Shown in pieces: positions 24,862 through 37,218 of a stretch of 64,000 nt of DNA (position 1 is the stretch's first letter; the number at the start of each line of letters is the position of its first letter). The notes under the pieces were generated by a model. It worked only from the letters and a program-made list of their open reading frames with translations, was not told the origin of the DNA and searched no databases. The translations under genes and the position numbers were made by a program. The DNA is from Eledone cirrhosa (taxonomy: Eukaryota), in contig OZ024757.1 in the NCBI GenBank assembly GCA_964016885.1, forward strand, positions 10,850,001-10,914,000. The letters are read 5' to 3'.

Positions 24862-27800
24862 TATATTTCTTTATTTACCATAAAGGCATAAAAAGAAGGG
24901 GAGTTTACATACAATCGAGTAAAAAGGGTGTAACATGAAAATAATCGAAAATAACCTCAAAAGGGAGGGGATGTGATGGGGGTTGCACACACCCCCGAAA
25001 AAGTGTGCAATCCTTTGCCCGGGGAGCACATGGAGAAGGTGCTCCCCTCTCCTTTACTTCTTTACCTACAGGATGGTATACAGAGAAGGCCCATTTACAC
25101 GAGCCATTCTCGCCACTATCACCCACCTTTCATAAAACTGTCTGTGGCCAACCACCTCTCTCTCCATTCTTATCCTTCTTCCGAAGTGATATCGGAAGAA
25201 GTAGACCAGACTATGGGCAGAAAGGAAGTTGCCTGACCTCAGACCTTTCAATCGTGTCCACCAAACAACCTCTTTCAACATGGCTATTACGCACAGAAAA
25301 ACCGCCTTTGCTTCCTTTGTGAAGAGGGGAGGTGGTTTGATTGTCATCACGGACTCGGCGGTCAATTGAATCGGCGCCAGCCGCGACAGCAGTCATTCGG
25401 CGTAGCCCCACAGATCAGCCACGCCCGGACATTGCACCAATGCGTGCGCAACGGTTTCTTCGTGACGCACGCATCTAGGGCAAATCTTTTTTGAGGGATC
25501 CCTGCCCGGGCGCCCGTGTCTGTAGAGCCTCTCTCAAACGGGTAGAGCCCCTCGGTAGCACTGCCAGGCCAGTGACTTCTGGAAGTTGTCCATTGGTCCT
25601 GGGCCGAAAGTCCTACCGAACAGGCTGGCCAGTTCGTCTTCTTCCATGTCCAGCGACTCTCCAAGGGTGTCATCGCCCCTGCTAGCCACCAGCCCTCTAT
25701 AGAATGATGAGGTGGATTCTCCACCGATGGCCTGGCCCGCTTGCCAGAGAGCCCTGAGCGCCTGAGCACACTCAGTGTGCCAGTCTCCCAGTTTTCCGGA
25801 TCTTTGCTTGACCCAGGACTGTAGCTCGGTGAGCGAGACGAGTCTCGGAAAGGCTCGTTTCACGAACGGAGCCCACACCGGTTGACCAGTGAGGAATACC
25901 TGTAGGTGCCGTAGCCTTAATGCGTGCCTACGCATCATCAACCACGGCATCCCCAGCCCTCCTTTCGAAGGTTGTTGGCAGCAGATGGATCTTCTCACCA
26001 TAGGAGGGCGCTTCTTCCAAAGAAATTGGAAGAGCATGCGTTCCATGGTGGTGAGTGTTTCCTTAGGGCAAGGCACGACAGTCAGGCGGTAGTAAGTGAC
26101 GGACGCTATGTAAATGTTCGCCACCTCCGCCCGGCCTTTTAGGGACAGCTTACACTTGGCCCATTTCTGGGTTAGTGCAAACACCTTGTTCGTAACCTCG
26201 TTCCAGTTCTTTTCCACCTGGAGGTCCGGTCCAAACCAGACCCCAAGCAACTTTACCGGGCCCTCCGTCCAGTGTCCGACGACACCGTCGGGAGGCATCG
26301 GTCTGCCTCTCCACGTTCCGAGTTGCAGCCCGATGGATTTTTCCCGGTTCAGTTTCGCTCCTGACAACCTTTCGTACTCCTCCAGTAAGGTACCGATCGC
26401 CTCGATCTCCGAGTCGGTCGATACCATTACTGTTACGTCATCGGCGTAGGCCGACACCGCTTTGTTCAATCCTGGTTCCAGGGGGATACCCTGCAACAAC
26501 TCCAACTTCCTCAGTAAAGGCTCGAGAGTCAATACGTACAGAAGGGAGGAGAGAGGGCACCCCTGTCGAATGGATCGTGTGATTTCGAACGGCTTCGAAA
26601 GGTAGCCGTTCACCTTGATCCTAGAACAGATGTGGTTGCTATGTAAGGCAGTGATCCAGCCTCTGAAAACAGGACCGAACCCAGCCGCCGCTAGCACCGC
26701 ATCCAGGTAACCATGGTCTACCCTATCGAAGGCCTTAGACTGATCTAAGTGGATCAGGGCCCCACCGAAGCCGGGTTTGTTGCCAACCCTCTCTATGATG
26801 TATCGCATGAGGTGGAGGTTATCGTGAATGGACCTGGATGGGATAGCACATGTCTGCGCATCTCCCACCAGGCCACCCACGACAAGCGCCAACCTCTTTG
26901 CTAACACCTTGGCCAAAATCTTTAACTCTGTGTTTAGCAGGGTTATGGGCCGAAAATTATTTATACTATCTCCCTTGTTCTCGTCCTTCCTCACCAGCGT
27001 GACTACACCCTTGGCTACAGAACAAGGAATTCTCCCGTTCTGCTGCCAATTGAAGTAGACCGCTTCGAGGAGTTCGGAGAAGAAGACCGGCATTGCTAAA
27101 TAAAGTTCGTAAGGTATACCATCGAGACCTGGAGATTTGCGTCTGCTGCATTGGCTCAGCGCATCTCCGATCTCATCAGCCGAGATTGGTCCCTCGCAGG
27201 ACTCTGCCTCTTCGCTCGAGAGACGCGGCAGGCCGTCGAGGTATGGACCGAAATTCACGCCCCCGCCCGGACCCTCGCCTCCCCCGAACAATCGGGCAAA
27301 GTGCCTTTGAAAGGCCTCGCACATCTGCTTAGGCTCCCGGATCACCCGTCCATCTTCGTCTTGCAACGACCGGATGGTGGATCGATTTCCACTCTTAGCT
27401 TCTGTCACGCGGGCCCAGCCAACGGCTTTGGCCCCCTCATTACCTAGAGCACGTATTTTATTTCGAATGACGCAGCCTTCGTGCTTTGCATCGAAAAACT
27501 GGTTCAAGGCCGTCCTCGATGCCAGCACTCTGGGCACATCTTCGCTCTTGATTGCCTCTTCTAATTTACCTGTTAATTCTTTCTCGTTTCTATTCCTATC
27601 GGCAGCTAACATCTTGCTATAACTTATTGATTCTGTTCTAATCTCTCTTTTGAGAGATGCCCACCATCGGTTGTTGACGATTGCACCCGTCAACCTCTCC
27701 TTAACTAATCTGCTAATCCGGTTTCTGTAATTCTCTTTTGCCGGTAAAGACAAATTAAGTTTCCAGTAACCGAGACCCTGTTTATGTGTTTTCTCGAGAT

Positions 27801-30646
27801 TGACTACGCAGGTCACTAATTTGTGATCCGTATAGCCAACCGTGCGCATTTCTGGACAGCTTAATATGTCCCTATCCTTACTTCTAACTAAGAATCTATC
27901 TAAGTACGATCTAGATTGACCACTGTGGTTTCTCCAAGTCCAGGTAGGCACAGTTGGAAAATCTAGTCGATATCTATCGACCAAGTTAAAACGGTCTAGT
28001 AACCCCTTGAGGCTGTTACACCCCCCTCTATTAGGACATGCTCCTGCATAGTCCCAACGTGCATCTAGGATGTCATTCCAATCCCCCGCTAGAAGCAGGG
28101 ATCGCGACGTTCCCAGAAAAGTCTCCAAACGCTGGAAGAAGTCGGGCCGTTCAGCTCCGAAAGGGGAGTAGACGGCGACCAGTCTCAAGGCCGCACCTTC
28201 ACTACTGCCAACGTCTAGCACCAACAAACGACCCTCCGGGTCCGAGTGCACAACCTGTACGGCAAGACCCAGGTGTTTTTGCAGCAGTACGACAACCCCA
28301 CCCCCACCTCCAGGTTGACAGAGAGATGCATGCACCTCAAAGTCATCGAAGGTGGGGGCCAGCTGCCGCACGACGCTGATTCGAGTCTCACAGATAACCA
28401 TTACATTTATACCACATGACCTGAGGTCATTTAGAAGCTTTGCTTGCTTCCAAGTTGAGCCCAGGCCACGTGCATTCAAACATCCTACTCTGAACACATC
28501 CATGTGGGCGACAGAGCCAAAGGAGAGTGTAGAGACCTACCTTTCCGCTTCCCGGGGTTCGGGTTGCACGACTTCCATGGGGTCGGGGGTGTTGGGTGAA
28601 GGGGTGTCTTGTGGTGGTGTGGGGTCGTCAGTGTGTGGTGGGGTTGGGGTGTTTGGAGTTGTGTTGGGGAGGGGAAGGGGAGGGGCAAAGATTTTTAGTA
28701 GGACACGGTTTATGGGTTTGACAGAGGGTGGTCCTACGTCCTCCTTAAAATCCTTTTTTAGTTTTTGGTAGAGGTTCATTGGGATCTTTATTAATTTTAA
28801 ATGTGGGTAGTTTTCTGAAGAAACAAAGTTTACACCTTCGGTTTGTACCGAAGGATTATTGTTTATGAGTTCATTTAATTTATTATTGTTTCTGTTGATG
28901 TAAGTATAGTGTAATGTCTTTTTTTCGGATGGTGTGAGTGTTTCGAAGAGGGGAGGGGCAGGTTTGGTTTTGTTTGTTGCTGGAGGGGTGTTTTCTGTTT
29001 TGTTGGGTTGTGTTGAGATTTGGGTGGGGGTTGTTTGGCCTTGTGTGTTTTGCACATGTTTTCTTTTTTCCTTTTAATCTGTCTGAAGGACTCCGTTTCT
29101 TCCTCCGAATTCGTTGGAGGGAAGAGGTATGTTTGCTGGTAATGTTTCCGTGTTGGTTTTCTTTGTGGGGGAGATGGATGTAACTATGTTAGACTGTGTT
29201 GTGTGTTGTGTCTGCGGTGGTTGTGTTGTTTTATTGAGTGAGGGGTTGGGTGGGCCTATATTTTGTTTTGGGGTAATGTGTTGTGACTGTTTGTGTTGTG
29301 GTGGTGGTGTGGTTTTATTGAGGGACGGGTTGGGTGGGACTGAGTTTTGTTGTTTGTTTATCTGTTGTGGTGGTGGTGGTGGAGCTGGTGTTGGTAGCAG
29401 GGTTTTCTTTTTGTTGAGTTGGGGACAAGCGGCCTTCAGGTGCCCTCTGCCTGCACAGATATGGCAAGACGGCCTTCTCCCCTCCACGCTAATGTTTATA
29501 TACCCGTGGCCCTCTAATAGGATTCTGTCGGGCGATGCGTTCAGGCTTCATTTGCACTACCAGCTCCATACCTGTTCCACTGAACGCATTGCCTGTGGTT
29601 TTCCCAATGGAAATCACGTTGTCATTCACTGGATCGATGAAGCCAGCTATGAGCCAGCAGTAGTTCACATCTGGCATCATTGCATCCAGCCATATGCGTT
29701 GAGTTCTTTTACCCATATAAGATGGATAAAAGGTAAAATTTTTCGAACGAATCGGTGACAAAGCACATTTTTTTTGCCGCCGATTCGTTCTTCATGATAA
29801 TTGCTAGGCTTCCATACAGTCTGTCTTTTCTTATGAAAGTGGTTTCATTAAGTACTTCTGTGAGTACTGTTTTGATATCTGCTTGAGAAGGCTGTTCAGG
29901 TTTTTTTGAAGTGTTGTTGATGGTGCGGAACACAACCGTTCTACTTTCAATGTCTTTGGTGAGTTCTTGAGGCATTTTTACCGATAAAATACCATTCTCT
30001 CCTTCACTTATGTATTGTTTGGCGTCTGTGATTCTTCGTGCCACATCTGAAATATTTTCGGGTACATATGTCAAAGATTTCTTTGTTGTTTGTGCAAATG
30101 AATTCTTGACTCTGTCGTCTGCTTTGCTTTCTGTTATGGTGTTATTTTCAAATGTTATTTCTGTGTTTGTTGTGTCTTTGTTTGTGGTGTTAGTATTGTC
30201 ATGCAATTTTTCAAATTTTTTTTTTTCGTTGTTGGAATCCATGTCCAGATTTGTGTTTTCGTCATTTTTCTCCGCAGATTCGTCTGTTTTTATTTTAATT
30301 TTTCCTTCCTTCTCTATGACGTTAGTTGGGAAGGAAGGGGGGGGGGGGACTAAAGCGTGCGAGCTTACAACTCTTACCGCTGCCCCCCCACCACTATTTT
30401 CGTTCGCTTCGTTCAACATTTCTGTCAGACGATTGAAATTTTTTTGCCACAAAATTTTTTAAAACAGGTTTTTCACCTCTAGGAGAGGTAAAGATGAGCT
30501 GACCCACCGTCTGACAGTTCAGACGGGGGGTCAAGCTACACAATGGTATCAAAATTAAATTTGAACTCACGAAATTTCCGTAATAAATTTGAACAAAACT
30601 TCTGCGTGAAGTGAATTACATCCACACTGTAGAACAGACGACAGCT
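24862..30646 (-). mobile_element. Near full-length Tx1/L1-clade non-LTR retrotransposon
   Basis: Fragmented ORF1 (28537-30452) with CCHC knuckle CHICAGRGHLKAAC. ORF2 25534-28503 plus a frameshifted zf-RVT tail. Both ends abut (GATA)n. Confidence 0.95.
25534..28503 (-). CDS. Tx1/L1 ORF2: APE endonuclease plus reverse transcriptase (989 aa, truncated before zf-RVT)
   Basis: LNARGL, GDWN, SYLDRF, TDH (EN); KSPGLDG, NFRPITLLN, DQSKAFDRVDH, RQGCPLS, YADD (RT). Confidence 0.93.
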   Translation of the reverse strand: MDVFRVGCLNARGLGSTWKQAKLLNDLRSCGINVMVICETRISVVRQLAPTFDDFEVHASLCQPGGGGGVVVLLQKHLGLAVQVVHSDPEGRLLVLDVGSSEGAALRLVAVYSPFGAERPDFFQRLETFLGTSRSLLLAGDWNDILDARWDYAGACPNRGGCNSLKGLLDRFNLVDRYRLDFPTVPTWTWRNHSGQSRSYLDRFLVRSKDRDILSCPEMRTVGYTDHKLVTCVVNLEKTHKQGLGYWKLNLSLPAKENYRNRISRLVKERLTGAIVNNRWWASLKREIRTESISYSKMLAADRNRNEKELTGKLEEAIKSEDVPRVLASRTALNQFFDAKHEGCVIRNKIRALGNEGAKAVGWARVTEAKSGNRSTIRSLQDEDGRVIREPKQMCEAFQRHFARLFGGGEGPGGGVNFGPYLDGLPRLSSEEAESCEGPISADEIGDALSQCSRRKSPGLDGIPYELYLAMPVFFSELLEAVYFNWQQNGRIPCSVAKGVVTLVRKDENKGDSINNFRPITLLNTELKILAKVLAKRLALVVGGLVGDAQTCAIPSRSIHDNLHLMRYIIERVGNKPGFGGALIHLDQSKAFDRVDHGYLDAVLAAAGFGPVFRGWITALHSNHICSRIKVNGYLSKPFEITRSIRQGCPLSSLLYVLTLEPLLRKLELLQGIPLEPGLNKAVSAYADDVTVMVSTDSEIEAIGTLLEEYERLSGAKLNREKSIGLQLGTWRGRPMPPDGVVGHWTEGPVKLLGVWFGPDLQVEKNWNEVTNKVFALTQKWAKCKLSLKGRAEVANIYIASVTYYRLTVVPCPKETLTTMERMLFQFLWKKRPPMVRRSICCQQPSKGGLGMPWLMMRRHALRLRHLQVFLTGQPVWAPFVKRAFPRLVSLTELQSWVKQRSGKLGDWHTECAQALRALWQAGQAIGGESTSSFYRGLVASRGDDTLGESLDMEEDELASLFGRTFGPGPMDNFQKSLAWQCYRGALPV

Positions 30647-30678
30647 AGATTATTATAGATAGATAGATAGAAAGATAG

Positions 30679-30713
<35 letters not shown>

Positions 30714-30863
30714 CGTATATTCATATATATATATATACACACACACACATATATATATATATCTTCAGCTGTATACATACATGTATCTGACTTTTCTATA
30801 TCCAACGATATACAGTATGTTTAATAAATAAACATTTTGAAAGCCCAGCTAAGAATATTGAAA

Positions 30864-31146
30864 GACTGGGTACTCCGTCAGTTACAACGGTGAGTGTTCC
30901 AGTTAATATGATCAACAGAACAGCCTGCTCATGAAATTAACTGGCAAGTGGCTGAGCATTCCACAAACATCTGTACCTTTAACACAGTTCTCAGGGAGAT
31001 TCAGCATAAGACATAATGTGAAAAGACTGACCCTTTGAATTACAGGTACAACTCATGTTTTACCTGTTGAATGGACTGTAGCAATGTGAATTAAAATGTC
31101 TTGCTCAAGGACACATTGTACTGCTGGGGATCGAACTCACAACCTA
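30864..31146 (-). mobile_element. tRNA-derived SINE (family B)
   Basis: Minus-strand B box GAGTTCGATCCC followed by gtgtccttgagcaagaca. Confidence 0.78.
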
Positions 31147-31171
31147 CTACTAGTGCTCCTACTACCACTAC

Positions 31172-31248
<77 letters not shown>

Positions 31249-31269
31249 TACAATACACACGTTAGGTAG

Positions 31270-31942
31270 ATATATTTCTTTATTAGCCACAAGGGCGCAC
31301 AAGAAAAGGGGACAAAACAAAGATACATGCCGGGGATTTTACATACAGTCGTGTAAAAATATTGAAACAAACAAATATAACATTGGAAATCCCCAATAGG
31401 AGGAAGGCGCAACAAATGTTTGTTTAATACCCCGTAGATAGAACAACCCTCAACTTCAGGAGCATGTCGTGCAAGTGCTCCTTTCTTCCTTTTGCTCTCT
31501 TCTTCAACCTACAGGTTTATATACAGAGAAGGCCCAATCACTCGGGCCATTTTTGCCACGTTCACCCACCTTTCAGTAAATTTACTGGGGTGCAGTGCCT
31601 CTCTCTCCACTATGATTCTCCTTCTAAAGAGGTACCTATAGAAGGGAATGAGTTGTTGTCCGGAGAGAAAGGCATCTGTCCTCAGTCCTCTCAATCTCGT
31701 CCACCATATAACCTCTTTCACCATAGCCACTATACAGGGGAAAACCCTTTCTCTTTCGTTTTTGAAAGAAGTTGGCGGTTTGATCCTTACTATGGACTCG
31801 GCAGTCAACTGGATTAGTCCCACACGCGACAGCAGTTGTTCTGCGTAGTTCCACAGGTCGGTTACGCCCGGGAAGTGTACAATTGCGTGCAGGACGGTTT
31901 CAATGTCCTGCTCGCTCTTGGACAGGTCCTCTTGGAAAAGAT
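31270..31942 (-). mobile_element. Tx1/L1-clade LINE 3' fragment (same subfamily as 22198-23330)
   Basis: High similarity to 22198-22870; ORF 31509-31823. Confidence 0.88.
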
Positions 31943-32204
31943 CAACATCATCGGATAACTACTGAGACACAGGTTTTATATCGGTGTTATCCGAGTTTCC
32001 TGAGTTGCCTTCTCCTCGAAGGATGCCCTGATAAAGGCTAGGGGTCCTTCACTCCCTGTGATTTAACTGCGCAATTGGGTATCCAGCCCGACTATGTGCC
32101 CGCGTGTATACGAACACATGCACACATGAATATACATATATATATATATATATATATACATACACACACACACACATACACACACACACAAACACACACA
32201 TATA

Positions 32205-35200
32205 TATTCAAACCTCTGTATATTGGATGCTGGAATGTAACAACTCTAATGGATTCCCAGTCCAGTAAAATTCACCCTGAAAGTAGATCTACTTTGGTGT
32301 CGAGGGAACTCAGTCCCTATAGCATGGACATCGCTGCTCTTTCAGAAACGAGATTGGCAGGTGAGGGTCAATTCACAGAACAGAAGGGGGGATGTACCTT
32401 CTATTGGAGTGGTGGAGCAGAGGGTTGTAGGAGAGAGGCAGTGGTCGCATTTTCTGTCAGGAATGGAATCGTCTCAAAGCTGGAAAATCTTCCTTGTAGA
32501 TTCAATGATCGTGTAATGTCCATGAGAGTCCCTCTGTTTCAAAACCGCTTTGTGACTCTGGTCAGTGTGTACGCTCCTACTATGTGTGCCAGTGATGATG
32601 AAAAACTAAATTTCTACATGTCTTTGAGAGAGGTCATCCATGGTATACCTTATGCAGACAAAATTGTCATCCTTGGCGATTTTAATGCACGTGTTGGTAA
32701 TGACTGGGAAGCTTGGAGTGTGATGGGCAAGCATGGAGTAGGTAAGTGCAATAACAAATGTCTACTTCTGTTGCAGAACACGCTCTTTCAGCAGAAAGAC
32801 AAATATAAGACAACTTGGATGCATCCAGGTTCCAAGAACTTATTGACTTTGTTTTAACGAGAAAACGTGATATCAGGGATATCACATTGGTTCGTGTATT
32901 GCGAAACACGGAATATTGGACTGACCATCGTTTGGTGCGCGCCAAGTTTCAATTTGTTGTGAAGCCCAAAGTAAGGGGGAAGAAGGTTGCACTTCCAAAA
33001 CAACTAAACGTGGCTCGTCTGAAAACAGAGAAAGTCAGAGCTGAGCTGTCGAGGTCCCTTGAGTCCATGGAATGTGAAAACACTTGGGAATCATTGAAGA
33101 AAATCGTCTATGATGTTATTGCTGGAGTTTTGGGTCATACCAACAGAAAGCATAAAGACTCGTTCGATGAAAATGATCCAGTGATCCAGACCTTGCTTGA
33201 AGAGAAACAAAAAGTGCTGACATCATTGTTGTGTGAGACACGTTCTGACAGGAGTGACCGGACCTTCAGGCAGATCAAGGCACATGTGTAACATCGATTG
33301 AGAGCCATGCAGAATACCTGCTGGATCAAAGAGGCTGATGAAATCCAGAAGGCCTGAGATAGACATGATACAAAGCTCCTATACAGTCAGCTCAGGGAGG
33401 TGTATGGTCCGACCGGTTCACAAATATCACCACTTCGCTACTGAGACGGCAAAGAATTGCTCAGAGACCCGAAGGAAATCCTGATCAGGTGGCATGACCA
33501 CTTTGATGAGCTTCTCAGCAGACCATCAGAAATTGATGATGCGTTCATCCGGTCGATTCCATCCAGACCTACAAAGCTGGCAATGGCTGATCCTCCTTCA
33601 TTTGATGAGGTGGCGAATGCCATTGACAAATTAAACAGTGGCATGTCACCTGGAATGGATGGACTGAGTGCTGAGATTTTCAAGTGTGCTGGTGATAACT
33701 TCTTAAACCGCCTCACTGATCTCTTTGTGAATGTTTGGAATGAAGAAGATGTGCCACAAGATTGGAAAGATACACTGATGGTGGTACTTTACAAAGGAAA
33801 GGGAGTCAAAAATGAATGTGGCAACTACAGATGTATTTCATTGCTATCTGTGGCTGGGAAGATCTTGTGCAGGATATTGTTGGACAGATTGATACAGCAC
33901 ATTGCTGTTGAAGTATTTCCTGAGTCACAATGTGGCTTTAGGAATGGCAGAGGCACTGTTGACATGATCTTCTCGGCCAAACAACTTCAAGAGAAATGCA
34001 TTGAGCAGCGCATGGACTTATACCAAGTTTTTGTCGATCTGACCAAGGCATTTGACACCGTTAATCGGAAGGCTTTGTGGGGTATTTTGGAGAGATTGGG
34101 CTGTCCTGAAAAGTTTGTGAACATTTTGAAACTCATCCACGATGATATTCAGGCATAGGTGAACGTTGGAAGTAAACTGTCTGAGCCAATCTCGGTTGCA
34201 AATGGTGTCAAGCAGGGTGATATACCTGCACCAACTTTGTTTGCCTTGTATTTCGCAATGGTGTTCTTCATGGCCTTCAAGGATTGTCAACATGGTATCT
34301 ATCTAAGATATAGCACTTCCGGCAAGCTGTTTAACCTTAGGCGTCTCACTGCCAACACTAAGGTATTGAGTACTTTGATCAGAGAATTTTTATATGCAGA
34401 TGATTGTGATCTCTTTGCACACTCCCAGAGTGACATGCAACACCTTATGGATTCTTTTTCCAATGCGTGCAGTGCTTTGGGACTGACAATCAGTCTGAAT
34501 AAGACTGTCGTCATGTACCAGCCTGCTCCGGTTAAAGTTTTCAATAAACCCTCCATATACGTATACAGTCAAAAAGCTGAAGGCTGCTGACACATTTGTG
34601 TATTTGGGGAGTACTCTGAGTGTGACCTGCTCTCTGGATGCAGAAGTTGGTCTACGTGTTAGTAAGGCAAGTGAGTCATTTGGAGGGTCAACGACCGTCT
34701 TTGGTGCAGGTGAGGAATCACAATGAGGACCAAGGTGAGAGTGTATGCTGCAGGTCTACTGTCAGTTTTGCTGTATGCATGTGAGACATGGGTTGACCAC
34801 AAACGGAATATCCACAGACTGGAACGGTTTCACCAGCAGTGTCTCAGAAAGATGCTCGGTATCAGGTGGCAGATGCATGTGAGTGATGTTGAGGTTCTTG
34901 AGAGAAGTGAGTGTCGGAGCATTGAGAGTATCATCCACCAACGGCGTTTGCGATGGACCGGACACTTCTACAGAATGGAGGATGATCGAATCCCAAAACA
35001 ACTCTTGTATGGCGAGCTTTGTGAGGGTAAGAGACCACCTCACAAGCCAAGGCTTCAATTCAAGGATTGTTTAAAGGACTCGTTGAAAAAAACTGGTTTG
35101 ATGATGGCTGACTGGGAGATAGAAACTCTTGAAAGAGAAACTTGGCGTGGAATGGTGAATGATAGGGTCCATAATTTTGAGGACAGACGCATAGAGCACG

Positions 35201-35548
35201 AGAACATCAAATGGGATGTGCGTAAGCAATGGCCTGGTGTATCTCTCGAAATTATCGGTCTCCATTGAATTGAAGTGCCCTGAGTGTGGAAACATTTTCT
35301 TGAGCAAATCTGGTCTCAGGAGCCACAGTCGCAGCCATGTTCAAAGAGAACCAGTGAACTATGATCTCCACGGTTTTGTGAGGGTTCACGGGAAACCTGA
35401 TGCAGGACCTCAAGCCAGAGAGATCCATAGTTGTCAGTGTGTGGAGGAGTGCAAGTCTCTAGCAGGCTTGAAAAGCCATATCCGAGCGTCCCACATCTGA
35501 ATCTGACAAGAGATTGCAATACTCTTGCCAGAGTTTGTAGCCATCAAA
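32205..35548 (+). mobile_element. RTE-clade LINE (family 2), nearly complete ORF with several stops and frameshifts; C-terminal C2H2 fingers
   Basis: CWNVTTL, ALSETRL, GDFNARVG, TDHRLV, PESQCGFR, DLTKAFDTV, GVKQG, YADD, CPECGNIFLSKSGLRSHSRSH. Confidence 0.93.
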
Positions 35549-35577
35549 TATATATAATATATACATATATATACATG

Positions 35578-35626
<49 letters not shown>

Positions 35627-35647
35627 TTATATTATATACATATATAC

Positions 35648-35683
<36 letters not shown>

Positions 35684-35725
35684 TAAAATGGTGAGCTGTG
35701 TGGTTGCATTTTCATTATATATGTA

Positions 35726-36395
35726 TCTATATATATAAAACTGAGGATGTCTGTCTCTGTGTGTGTCTGAGTTTGAATCCCTAAAACTCGAGAAGTACCC
35801 AACCGATTTTTTTCCAACTTTACATGTGTATTACTTATGTTTCAGGGAGTGTTATGCACATGAATTCAATTTTTGATCCCCTAGGCCCGCATTAGGTGAA
35901 AAACTGCGTTTTTTCAGCTTATTAGGGTTTGAGGTGTTACGTCAGACCGATTTCCCTGAAATTGTAACTATGTATTAGTCAGTCTCTTCTTCATACCGTG
36001 AGCAAATAAAATCCAACTTGTTTATGGCCTAGGGCCTGCATTAGGTGAAAAACATCATTTTTTTCAGCTTTTTAGGGGATTTTTGAGGCGTTATGTCTAG
36101 CCGATTTTCCCAAAATGTGAAGGTATATTATGCACATAAAAAAAATTCATTTTCTTGATCCCCTAGGGCCCGCATTAGGTGAAAACATGAATTTTTCATG
36201 ATTTAGGACAATCTTAAAGATTATCCAGCCATCAGAGTATTCGGTTTATTTTCTTTACATATTTCTTTACATATTGTCATATTGTCATATTTTCTTTACA
36301 AATTGTCCTTGCATGCACTTTTTCCATGATTAGTTCTGTTGACGGCCCGCGTTCAAAAATACCTTATCCTGTGCAACGCCGGGTACCACTGCTAG
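35726..36395 (+). mobile_element. Non-autonomous Helitron
   Basis: A|TCTATATATATAAAA 5' end; subterminal hairpin CCTGTGCAACGCCGGG and CTAG|T 3' end; three internal sub-repeats (cctag.gcc.gcattaggtgaaaa). Confidence 0.8.
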
Positions 36396-36470
<75 letters not shown>

Positions 36471-36539
36471 AGTAAAAAGGAAAAAGATTTTTTCAGTAGA
36501 AAATGCTGAAGAGATTCTTTCAGTGTAATTTTAAAACGT

Positions 36540-37218
36540 TAATTTATTTATAAAGTGGATATTTCCACATTTAATAATGGCACTGGGTTCAGCATTATAT
36601 ACATTGTCAATTGTGGATATACATAATATCGTTAAGTTGCATATTTATACAAATAATAATTGTTTCTACTTTTGGCACAAGGCCAGCAATTACCCAGTAC
36701 ATTACTGGTACTTTATTATTTATACAAATAATAATTGTTTCTACTTTTGGCACAAGGCCAGCAATTACCCAGTACATTACTGGTACTTTATTATTTATAC
36801 AAATAATAATTGTTTCTACTTTTGGCACAAGGCCAGCAATTACCCAGTACATTACTGGTACTTTATTATTTATACAAATAATAATTGTTTCTACTTTTGG
36901 CACAAGGCCAGCAATTACCCAGTACATTACTGGTACTTTATTATTTATACAAATAATAATTGTTTCTACTTTTGCACAAGGGCTGCAATTACCCAGTACA
37001 TTACTGGTACTTTATTTTATCGACCCCGTAAGTCGATAAAATAAAGTACCAGTAATGTACTGGGTAATTGCTGGCCTTGTGCCAAAAGTAGAAACAATTA
37101 TTATTTGTATAAATATGCAACTTAACGATATTATGTATATCCACAATTGACAATGTATATAATGCTGAACCCAGTGCATTATTAAATGTGGAAATATCCA
37201 CTTTATAAATAAATTAAT
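36540..37218. repeat. Fold-back (centre about 37028) whose left arm holds five 75-bp tandem copies of the family-A SINE tail
   Basis: Period 75 bp at 36661/36736/36811/36886/36961; centre ttttatcgac-cccgtaa-gtcgataaaa. Confidence 0.9.

Noticed and set aside
36503-36545. ctgaaga..aaaacgtt hammerhead-like string (similar weak cases near 24060-24125 and 48470-48515)
   Set aside because: Stems and GAAA not recoverable.
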